Source: Nemertoderma westbladi
Taxonomy: Eukaryota; Animalia; Xenacoelomorpha
Length of the DNA stretch: 64,000 nucleotides
Direction: 5' to 3'
Assembly: GCA_032718475.1 (NCBI GenBank)
Contig: JAUCBJ010005005.1
Coordinates: 1 to 64,000, forward strand
Shown here: positions 38,649 to 49,000 of the stretch, piece after piece
Layout: every line of letters starts with the position of its first letter
Numbering within the stretch: position 1 is the stretch's first letter
Notes under the pieces: generated by a model
What the model was told of the DNA's origin: nothing
The model's database searches: none
Seen by the model: only the letters and a program-made list of their open reading frames with translations
Program-made: the position numbers and the translations under genes

Positions 38649-41456
38649 TTATCGCTTAGTGGATCGAGCCCTGCCGCGTCCTCGAAAACTGCGCACAGGT
38701 GACTTTGCTCGCGATATGGGACTCGTGGGGCGAGTCACTGGTTTCGTTTGGACGTTGAGAGACGGTGCGACCATTTCCTCGCAAATTCGTCTATTTGGCA
38801 TCCCAAAACTTCGACCGATTCCTCGTGACCGATCAGTTGTCACTACAGTTGGTAGAACGTCTGGGAACGCGCGAGAAGCGGACGACGCAGACCCAAGAGT
38901 AGCTTGCGCCCCCTGTTGATCAGCTGGTGTATGTCCCGATCCTCCTACTGGTTCTCTAGGAAGCGATACCGTATCCCGAGTAATTCGAATGGTCGGCTCA
39001 ACTCCCTTGCGTTCTTCTACATTAATAATTTTCTTTAATTGTTGGCCCACTTTCTGGACCCGTATGATCCTACCCTGTCCGTCCTCCCGAGGGTGACGTG
39101 CAGACGGCGCAACCGGAGTGGCTGGTATATTTGTCGCCTCTAGGACCTCTTCTTCCTCGAATACGCTCGCTCGTATACGTTTATGGTAAAACGCGGCTCG
39201 GTACGCCCATGCGACGGTTAACCAAGCTCCTTTGTTCCGCTTTTCAGTTCGGAAACGATCGAATTCACCATACGTAATGCGATTAACGACTTTCTGAAAA
39301 TTCCACGTGTTTTTGTTATCCGGGTGAATCTGTAGTAGATACTCGCGCACCACTCGGAATCCGCTGTCGTGGGGCAAAATATCGACAACCTCGATAAGTT
39401 CGTCATATTGGGGCATAGCGGAGATGTATCCTTCCGACATCATCGTTTGGGGATTTACCGCCCAAAATCCAAGATGCGCTCTCATCGGAAACCGTCTTCT
39501 TTGTGCTGATACATGTTCGTCGGCTAAATCTTCCCACTCATCAAATAACTTCCTCACGAGTTTTACAGATTCGTGTTCATAAGGTATATCTCTTAGTTGG
39601 CATTCAGATGCTCGATGTCCTTTTATATTGCAGTAAGTACATTGAGCCATAAATCTCCAGCAAGTATAAAAGGTATGAGACCCTTGATCCCCACACCATC
39701 CACAGATTAGCTGAGTCGTAGTAATGTGCTTTCCACTGCACTTTGTCATATGATGTCCAGCGACGCCACATTTACTACACATCGTATTGGCAGGGTACCA
39801 CACTCGTTCGTATATAAGATCTCCAATCGGTCGAGCGCTTCCTCCCACACTATAATCGTAATCATCTGGGTCTATGGGTTGGTAGGTTTCTGAAGGTTGT
39901 ATACAAACTATAGCATCTGTTGCTTCAAGTTGTCGAATCTCCGTCTGAGATTTCTTCGGGAGGTTCCTTTCTATCTCAAGAAGTTCCTCTAAAGGATCAT
40001 CGGCGATCGTAGTAGTTACTTCGAAATCATCACCAAGGTGACCGATAGGCGCGCGCGTCTGCCGTGATTCTTCCGTAATCTCCACGATACGTTCTCCTTC
40101 ATAGGGTAACAATGTAAACATAGATGGTCTTTCGATAAGAGATCCCGCACAGCGAAGATACACGTCTCGAAATATACTAAATCCTGCTCGAGTAAAGGCA
40201 TTACACTGAGCGTCGGAGTTGTAGAAGGGTTCAAGGAATCGTCTAAACACGTCGGTACGAATTCTCCCTTCCATGTAGAACGTATGATCTTCTCCGAGAC
40301 AAAGTGGATGTCTTTTGAGAGTCCGAGACACAATGTCGGCGATTAGGCAAACATTCACTGACAACTCTATTGCTAAATAATATTGTAGGACCGCTCTTGG
40401 AGGTGACGTAATAGCCCAATACACGCATCCTCTCCATTTAAGCTGTGATTCAAACTCACTCATATCTGGAGTATCACCTTCTCCATAAGTTTCAATATAC
40501 TTGTTTCTCTTATTTTCCTTATAATCCCAATTGAATAACAGGTAGGAAATGTATCCAGTTCCAGTCTTCTGAGTATTATACTCACGAAAATATCCCTGTT
40601 CTATAGACCACAAAATAAGAGGTCGAGTGTCGACGTAAGGTGTCGGTAGTCGGTCATCGCTGTCCGTCATGCCGGCGAAGTCGCTAATTAAATCCTCCCT
40701 TACTCCTGATCCAATCTTTACAACAGTTTTATCTAAAATCATGTTTCTTACCATCTTCGGTAGCATTCTAGCGTCAATATTACAAGCTTGGTCCATCTTC
40801 TTTACTATGTCGGTGATAAGATGGTGTCGCTTTGTATTCGCTGGAGGTATCGGCATTCGTTTGTCGCTCCTCTGTCTACTGAAAACGTGCAGGACTCCGT
40901 CCGCCGCTCTAATTTGTATAGTCTTAGAAGTCAAACTCTTCTGATGACTGCCGCCCTCGTTATCGTAAAACATGTAACCGTTTTCCTGAAACGATCTAAA
41001 TGTCCTATTCCATTCATCCAACAATTCTTCCGAAGGTTGCCAAATCTTCTCTATGTCCTTATCATCTTCGAAACGAATAACCTTACCTCGCCAATCTGCG
41101 GCAATATCTGTATCCGACTCGAAGGTTCCGGTTCCAATCCATAAACGAATCGTCTTGGTTAAATATCCTTTCAAATTACTCGGAGCTATATCGGCACCAG
41201 CTCTATCCAGTTCCTTGAAGTCTTGGATATGAGGTGGGACGTTGTACACGACCTTTTGAGTAATATGTCTACGTAAATCATATATCTTGCTCATATCGCT
41301 GAAAACAACTGCAGGAAGAAACTCCAAGTTCGAAATGATTTCTGGATGATCCACGATGGGTATTTCGTACGTCGTATCCTGTCGGACTGGTATACTAATA
41401 GGGAAATTGAGTGTCGTACTCAATGGTTTCGTAGTTGATGTACTATACGGTTGCAT
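38649..41456 (-). CDS. Element D accessory ORF (935 aa): DEDD-type (RNase D/WRN/EXD-like) 3'-5' exonuclease plus three CCHC zinc knuckles and a basic tail
   Basis: FYDNEG (ExoI DxE), TIQI, LPKMVRNMILDKTVVKIGSGVREDL (ExoII), YVDT, YYLAIE (ExoIII-like). Knuckles CSKCGVAGHHMTKC, CGWCGDQGSHTFYTC, CTYCNIKGHRASEC. Confidence 0.78.
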   Translation of the reverse strand: MQPYSTSTTKPLSTTLNFPISIPVRQDTTYEIPIVDHPEIISNLEFLPAVVFSDMSKIYDLRRHITQKVVYNVPPHIQDFKELDRAGADIAPSNLKGYLTKTIRLWIGTGTFESDTDIAADWRGKVIRFEDDKDIEKIWQPSEELLDEWNRTFRSFQENGYMFYDNEGGSHQKSLTSKTIQIRAADGVLHVFSRQRSDKRMPIPPANTKRHHLITDIVKKMDQACNIDARMLPKMVRNMILDKTVVKIGSGVREDLISDFAGMTDSDDRLPTPYVDTRPLILWSIEQGYFREYNTQKTGTGYISYLLFNWDYKENKRNKYIETYGEGDTPDMSEFESQLKWRGCVYWAITSPPRAVLQYYLAIELSVNVCLIADIVSRTLKRHPLCLGEDHTFYMEGRIRTDVFRRFLEPFYNSDAQCNAFTRAGFSIFRDVYLRCAGSLIERPSMFTLLPYEGERIVEITEESRQTRAPIGHLGDDFEVTTTIADDPLEELLEIERNLPKKSQTEIRQLEATDAIVCIQPSETYQPIDPDDYDYSVGGSARPIGDLIYERVWYPANTMCSKCGVAGHHMTKCSGKHITTTQLICGWCGDQGSHTFYTCWRFMAQCTYCNIKGHRASECQLRDIPYEHESVKLVRKLFDEWEDLADEHVSAQRRRFPMRAHLGFWAVNPQTMMSEGYISAMPQYDELIEVVDILPHDSGFRVVREYLLQIHPDNKNTWNFQKVVNRITYGEFDRFRTEKRNKGAWLTVAWAYRAAFYHKRIRASVFEEEEVLEATNIPATPVAPSARHPREDGQGRIIRVQKVGQQLKKIINVEERKGVEPTIRITRDTVSLPREPVGGSGHTPADQQGAQATLGSASSASRAFPDVLPTVVTTDRSRGIGRSFGMPNRRICEEMVAPSLNVQTKPVTRPTSPISRAKSPVRSFRGRGRARSTKR

Positions 41457-42374
41457 TTATCTTGTCCTCTCCGGGGATGCAATCTGTAGTCTCTGAATAA
41501 CGTTTTGAGCAAAGTTTATGCTCTCGAAAACTTCCGGTGTCATCTCCTTAGCTGGAGTTTGATCGTGTGACGTCCAATGGTAAGGTAGGCTCGCGAGTCT
41601 TCCGCCCCATTCTTCCATCTCACCTTTCTCGAAAGCCTTGTAGGCTCTGTATAGGCTAAGAGCTTCTTTCTTTTCGCGGGTTGACTGATTTGCCTCGTCC
41701 AGCGTAAGTTCAAATACATCGGGTTCAACAACCTTAGGTGGGTAAATGACAGTTTCTCCCGCCTTTGGTCCGGTCATAGCAAATGAATGATATGGATTCG
41801 ATAAAGGATACCCTCCTTCCTGGTAGCGTAGTTGTTGATGGTTCGAACACCTCGCCAATATCGGTTCGGGATTTTCCTTATTCAAATGCATCGGAATCGC
41901 ATTTCGTTGTTCGCGCATACAAGAACCGCATTGATAATAAAGTTTATAAACTGAAAATGCTTCCTTGGTTTCTCTATCGTCCCCTCGAGTTCGTCTGTAA
42001 AGATGCATTCCATCAAATTCATCTCGTACCGCGGGCATAGGTTCGTGCGCCTTCAGGTATTGCATGGTATGATACAAACGACTAATTTCAGTATCGGGGT
42101 CTTCGCTAATGTCTCCCGTATCACACAAAGCGTCGTACGGATAAAGTTCGTTGAAGGTTTGGCGCAAACTTTCGATTCTTTCGTTTAATGCGTTTTGCCT
42201 TCTCTTTAATACGTTCGAGTCATATTTAGTTCTCGCGAGTTTCGCTGTACTTTCCGATAATTCCTTTATACCGAATATAGTATAGTCCTTGGCTCCAAAT
42301 CTTTCGCATGGCGCTGCTGCCTCCTCTTGGATATCATATCCCCATCTCGGCTCTCCTTGTATCCCTTTCTCCAT
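41457..42374 (-). CDS. Element D accessory ORF N-terminal part (305 aa), in frame with 38649-41456 across a single TAA
   Basis: EISRLYHTMQYL...YYQCGSC...RCSNH is homologous to B ELKRLYFTMMYL...YYCDEC...RCAKH. Confidence 0.7.
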   Translation of the reverse strand: MEKGIQGEPRWGYDIQEEAAAPCERFGAKDYTIFGIKELSESTAKLARTKYDSNVLKRRQNALNERIESLRQTFNELYPYDALCDTGDISEDPDTEISRLYHTMQYLKAHEPMPAVRDEFDGMHLYRRTRGDDRETKEAFSVYKLYYQCGSCMREQRNAIPMHLNKENPEPILARCSNHQQLRYQEGGYPLSNPYHSFAMTGPKAGETVIYPPKVVEPDVFELTLDEANQSTREKKEALSLYRAYKAFEKGEMEEWGGRLASLPYHWTSHDQTPAKEMTPEVFESINFAQNVIQRLQIASPERTR

Positions 42375-43033
42375 AATTAGGGGTGTAGTTACATAATCAT
42401 TACTACTAGAGGGAATACAACAGAGTTTGTAGTTAGTTGTGAGGAGACGTGAGAGTTTCGTCTGCCCTTTGGGCTCGACAACGCTCTAACCTCCTACCCA
42501 TAGCCTAAGATCTAGGGTTTCTTTAATGACACGCTGCTTCTTATCTAAAATTTTTGCCGAAATAAAAACGAATTTGGGCTAAACTGGCCGTGAGTCTAAA
42601 ATACTCACCTTTTGATCCCAAACTATTATCAGAAAATAAGCAATCAAGAATTAGTAATAAATATAGGGGAGTCTATTTTGACGTAACTTATTGAAACAAG
42701 ACCGTGTAAAATTTAATTAAAATTTTTAAGAAAGGCTCGCAAGTCTTCCTCTCTTGTTTCTCTAATTTTAAGTTCCACCCGACTGTACCCTGAAATCTAT
42801 TCACTGGAGAAAATTTTAAAATTTTTTCAAATCCAAATGGATTGTCTAAAATTTCGAAAATGTCTCAATATTGTGAGTTCCAAGTAGAATTCCATTTCTT
42901 ATACCTACAAATCCCGCTCCTATGTGACACATAAGGGTACTACCCTCAATGTTCACATATAAAGACAATGGAATTCTACCGCTGTCCTTACTACGGTGTA
43001 CAGGTACGTGGAAATCTATTTGTAAACTCCTAA

Positions 43034-46000
43034 TTATTTACTAGTATTAGGTGGAGATTTGTAGTCTCCAGATTCGTTACGAGTCTCTTCAAGAAGTACG
43101 AGACGTTGAGTCGGTCTGTCTACTGTACGACCGTCAATTGTCCGTACCGTCACAGTTCTTGTCACTCCATCCATAGATGGATGTGTGGCTAAAATTACAC
43201 CTGTTATCCAGAAGCGTCTTTTTAGATTCACTTCTGCCAACAGCACGTGATCTCCCGGCTTTAATGCGCGGGTGTTATTATACCAAGTTGTTCTGGCAGA
43301 AATAGAGGGCAAATAATGGTTTTGCCATATTTCCCAGAATTTGTTAGCTAGTAGTTGCGTGATTTTCCACGCTTTTCTACCGTAGCTGTCGCTTTCTATT
43401 GGAATAGAAATAGGTGTCAAAGTTGTCGGTGCCTGCATAAGCAGGTGTGCCGGTGTCAAAGCGAACTGAGATTGTTTGTCATCGGGTACTAATACTATTG
43501 GTCTAGTATTTAGTATTGCCTCGATTTCAACAAACAGTGTTGTCAGTTGGTCGTCTGTCAATATGTGGTTTACTGGAATGACTTTTGCCATTGCCGTCTT
43601 TATAGATCTAATCAATCTCTCCCAGACTCCGCCTCTCCAAGGACTATCTGGAGGATTGAACTTCCAAACAATCTTGTGAGGTTGCAGTTCGTTCGAGATT
43701 TGATCATGATCTAATTTCTTAAAGGCTCTAGCAATCTCATTTCGAGCACCAACAAAGTTTGTCCCTTGGTCTGAGTACAAGCATTTTACTAGTCCGCGTC
43801 TAGCGATAAATCGCCGCAAGGCTAGTATAAACGCGTTGGTGGAAAGATCCATCACACGTTCAATGTGAACTGCCCTACTGGACATACATGTGAAAATCAG
43901 TCCCCAGCGTTTTACTAGTATACGTCCACGTTTCGTATGTATGGGACCAAAGCAATCAATTCCAGTCTCTGTAAAAGGTGGTCTGAATGCTTGAAGTCGT
44001 GCTTGTGGTAGTTCACTCATTTCTTGGGTACCTATTCTAGAATGTACCTTTTTACAAATAATACACGTACGTGTCACTGAACTTAACGCTTTACTGGGTC
44101 TAATTAATACAAATCTTGTACGTAAGTAGGAAAGACAGTGGTGTCTTCCAGCGTGTTTTAGATGTAAATGTGCATCCAGTATCATTGCACGTTGTAGTTC
44201 GTGATGTTGCGGTATTATTATTGGGTACCTAAAGTTTGTGTTAAAGTCAATGTTTTGAAGCCGAGATTTATGACAAATTAAGTCATTGTAAATAATCGGA
44301 CTCCAACTCAGTATTGGTGACGACTTGATTGGTTGACCTTGATTTATGGACGTGAATTCGCGCGCGAAATATCGCAGTTGGTAATGGCGAATTAATTTAA
44401 TCTCACACCTCTCAATCTCAGTCAATGTAAGTCGACGTGTAAAGTCACGTTTGCCTTTAACGTATTGTACAAAACGTACAATCCACGCTAATTTTCGGCA
44501 AGCGCTTGTCCAAGAGTCTGTTAAGTTTACAATCCGGTCGACGTGAGTATTTGTGACGTCATCAGGTAAGTCAATGGAGATTTTGGAAGGTTTTGAATTA
44601 CTAGAAGGGCCCACGGGTCCGCCGGTAAGTATTCCCTTGTTGACTGTTGATCCTTCCGGGTCTACAAGTAATTTGTCCTTCTTCGTCTTCTTACCTTGAT
44701 TGTCGGTACTTTGTAAGTCGATCGTTAATGGTGGTTTGAACTCTATGGGGTCAGCAGGTTTCGGTAAACTTAATTTGCTGCCAACATTAATCCCAGGTTT
44801 CACCATAGGTTGCAAGTTCGGTATGTCTCTTGAGCGCAAAGTAACACCTGTATTTACATTAGCGTAGGTACTACCCACATCTGTAATACATGAGGTTTCA
44901 CCGTGCTTATGGTTGCTCAAGTGTGTCAAAATTGGTAGTTTGTCAATACAAGGCCGCTCCAATAGGGAAACTGCGGCTTCACTATTTGTCAGTACGTTAC
45001 TAGTGTCTAGTCGACTGTCTAGTAATGTGTCTGGCGATACGTCTGGTAACGTATCTGGTTGTTTGTCAATAGAAGGCCGCTCCAACAGAGAAACTGCGGC
45101 TTTACTGTTTGTCAATGCGTTACTAATGTCTGGTAGAATGTCTGATTGACCGTCTAGTAACGTGTCTGGTTGACCGTCTGGTAACGTGTCTGGTTGACCG
45201 TCTGGCGATATGTCTGGTGTAGAAAGGCTCGCAAGTCTTCCTCTCTTGACCTTTGAAGTTATCGCTTTCCATTTCGCCTTCGGTTTTTTCTTGAGTTTTG
45301 CCGTCGTCGTCTTTTTCTTTGCCTTCCCCTTTTTTGGTTTCTTGATTTCGGCGTCCTTAGGGATGGTGTTAGACTTGTTGTCGTATAACGGTGGCCAATC
45401 TTGCGTCGATTTCTGCAAGAATTGGGGTCCGTGTTGCCAAAATTCTTTGTTCTCCGGTTTACAGAATTCCTCAGACATCATTCCTCGCGACGCAATATCA
45501 GCTGGGTTTTGTGGTCCGGGACAATGTCGCCAATCCTCTTTTATTGAACGGTCTAGAATTTCTGCGCGACGGTTAGCTACGAATGTCTTGAATTCAAGTG
45601 TGTCGTTGTTTATGTAAAATAAAACCAACGTCGCGTCAGTCCAATAAAATATCTGTAAACTTGACTGTAGTTCTGTCTGTATAAGGTTTACGATGGTGGT
45701 TGATAGTGTTGCGGCTTGTAGCTCAGCTCGTGGTGTCGTCATATACTTAGTAGGCATTGTTTTTGCCTTAGAAGTAATGAGCGAAACATCGAATGCTTCT
45801 GAGTCTACTTGTCTGCGCAAGTACGCTGCCACACCAAAACCGTTGTCACTGGCGTCAGAAAAACAGTGTAGTTCCAAGTTGTCAGGAAATGTACTTTGTA
45901 ATGGAAAGTAAACTCTGGGTATGGAATACTCCTCTAGCGAAGATAATTCCGCCTCCCAGGTCTTCCATAAGTCCACTTGGTCTGATGAGATCGGCTCGTC

Positions 46001-49000
46001 CCATGTTAGTCCATCCTTCCAAATACTGCGCATATAAATGCGGGCTTGCAGTATTACTGGACTGATGAATCCTAACGGATCGAACAATCGGCTCAATTTT
46101 GACAAGCATGATCTCTTTGTCAGTGTGTTCTCTTGACTGTCCAGTCTCACCTTCACTCGGAAGTTGTCCGTGTTTGGGTCCCAAAAGAGCCCCAACACCT
46201 TGGTCGTCGGTAGTGGTTCGAACTCTAGGTCTATGTCACCACCTCCATGCTCAGTCGTTCCGAATGAGTCTACTAATTCGGCACTGTTTGAGGCGAATTT
46301 GGTGAGGTTGAAACCTCCGCCCGCCAAGCAGTCCCGTAATTGATGTGCTACTGTTGTAGCACGTTCTACTGTGTCGCAACTCTGTAATCCGTCGTCGACG
46401 TAAAAGTCACGTTCCACAATCCTAATTATCTCTGGGTCATATAGGTGTTTCTGATCTCTAGCGGCTTGTTTTAGGGCGTACATCGTGCAGTTTGGGCTGT
46501 CCCTGGCACCGAAAACGCGAACTTGCATTTGGTAAGTCGTCGGTGGTAGACTTAAGTCTCCTTCCGGGTACCAGAGGAACCGCAAACTGTCTCTGTCTCG
46601 CTCTAACGCTCTCACTTGGTGAAACATCGCTTCAACGTCGCAAGTAAAAGCTACTTGACGCTGACGGAAGCGCATAATCACCCCCATAAGATAATTATTC
46701 ATGTTTGGTCCATCCATCAACTCGCTATTGAGGGACATTCCCTCAAACAGAGCCGCACAGTCGTTGACTACGCGTACTTTGTCTGGTTTGTCGGGGTGTC
46801 TCACGTAGTGATGTGGCAAGTAATACGTCTGGTCAGTCACTCGCTCCGGGTTAGTCATCCGGATAGCGTATCCCTTGGTCAAATACGTCTCCATCTGAGT
46901 GTTGTACTGCAGATGGGCTTTCTCGTCCTTTAATAGACGTTGTCGGATTGAGTGTAGACGTCTTAACGCTAGTGGGTAGTTGTTTATAAGTTTAGGACTT
47001 TGGCTACGCCATAACATCCCCACCTCGTAATGTCCGTCCTCCGTCTGTCGGATAGTATCTTCCATGATCTTCAGAGATTGTTTCTCCTGTTCCGACATAC
47101 AAAGTTCGTAGCTACCAGGTTCAGCTGTATCTTGTTCTAACCACCTGATAGTCTTCTCCGTTAATTCCTTGTCCAGTGCAGCTTGTTCCATTTGATGATT
47201 TCTCAACGCGTCATCATCGATCTCGACGGGCATTGTTGATGTCGTTGGGGTAGGTAGACTCGCAAGCCTTCCGGCGTTATCATCTGTCGTCGATGGAATC
47301 TCTAGCTGACTCGTCTTCTCCCCAAGTTCTAAACTCCGCTGGTGGATTAGCTGCTCCTTGTGACTTATCATACTAGTCACACGTCTGTCACGTTTTGTCG
47401 ACTGTAGTGTAGTATGGTTCACGTCGTGTGAGAAGGAATGAATTGAATTTGTAGTTAATAAACTACATGTACTTTGTACATCGTCTTCCTCGTCACTTAC
47501 GTCTAGTGTGCGCACAGGCGCTCGAGTATACCACCCTATCGGCGTTCTGCAGCCGTATGCGTTTCCCGCTACGACTGCCGATGGTCTGGTTTCCCACCCC
47601 TGATGTAGGTTGAATTGGTCTGTCCCGATCAGCATGGCTACCGATCGATAATTGACAGGACATTCAGGTACACCAAGGTGTCTGAAATACTTACGGTCCT
47701 CCAAGGATTGTTCTGGGACCGGACCTAGTAGGTTACTAAAGTCTTTTGTGGCCGCAAAGGTCAAATCCTTGAAGGGTAACAAAGACCTCTCCCTCTCGCT
47801 GTGTTGCGATTTCGGAAGAAGAGAGTCTAAGTTTAACTTGACTCGTGTCACTGGTATTGCACGCTGTCCGTGCATACTACTTACGGTATAACTGACGCGC
47901 TTACCTTGTCTGAGATCCGTCACGACGTCAGCTATCTTTTCATCCACGTAGCTGTGAGATGAGGCTGAATCTAGAATCGCGTAGATTCTCTTACTCCCCT
48001 TTGTGCCAGTAATCTTAATTGGAATTACACTGAATCCCTTCAGTTGGTCAGTAGTCAGAAGCGCGATCGATGGCTGTTCATCTCCATCCGAATATACGTC
48101 GTCGTCTTCTGACTCTTCGTCCGACGATCCGGATTGTTCTGAGAAGCAATCCTCAATATGGGTCACGAAGGTCGGAGTCGTTTTCGATTCTCGTTTTCTG
48201 TAGGCCGCATCACATCTCGCTGCTGCTTCCGGGTGTTCCCTGGCGAAGCGTTTTGTCGGCGTGTGGCTGTCCGTGTGGAGCAGACCGTCGTGGTTGCGTC
48301 CACAGGATGGACAAGTGTCGGTATTTGGGCAATCTTTACGGACGTGTCCGTGTCGCGTACACCGCCAACAAGAGTCCAATGGCCGTATTTGCAGCCGTCG
48401 TTCTTCCGAGTTCAACTCGCGAAACTGTCGACAACCTCGCAACTTGTGACCGATATACCGCTTGCCTAAATGCTCGCAGTATTGGCAGCCGCTGAAGTCG
48501 GTACTGAGTTGTTGTCTCGTCTGTTTTGTCCCAATGGGCGCAGATACCCTACTACCGTCCGAGAATTGTCGTGATTCCGTCGGTGTGGCGTAAGTGGCCG
48601 TCTTGGTGGATGTTGTCTGAGGTTTTTGTCGGTTGGAGGATGGCAAGGTGATCCCTTCTGCTACGATGTGCTGGTCAGTGTAGTTGGATCGAGTTTCTAC
48701 AACTGCTTCCCTGGATATCAAAAGATACACATCCTCTAATTTTAAGAATCCACCCCGCTCTTCTCGCTGGTATTCGATCTTTCTCCACTCCCGACGAAGT
48801 CGATGGTGGAGTCGTCCTATGATTTTTAATAGGACTGTAGGGGTATTCCCGTAGTCAAGTTGTCCAATGGATCTTAAAGTAGTGATAGCGTTCTTTATCT
48901 CGTCGGCCAGTTTTAATAAGTCGACGGGTTTAGTGATAGCCCCTCCCTTACAGAGTTCCTCTATTACTGACCTGGCCATACTGACTGTACCTCCGTATAT

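Noticed and set aside
38649-42374. Accessory ORF as an envelope glycoprotein
   Set aside because: No signal peptide or transmembrane segment; nuclease and zinc-knuckle motifs instead.
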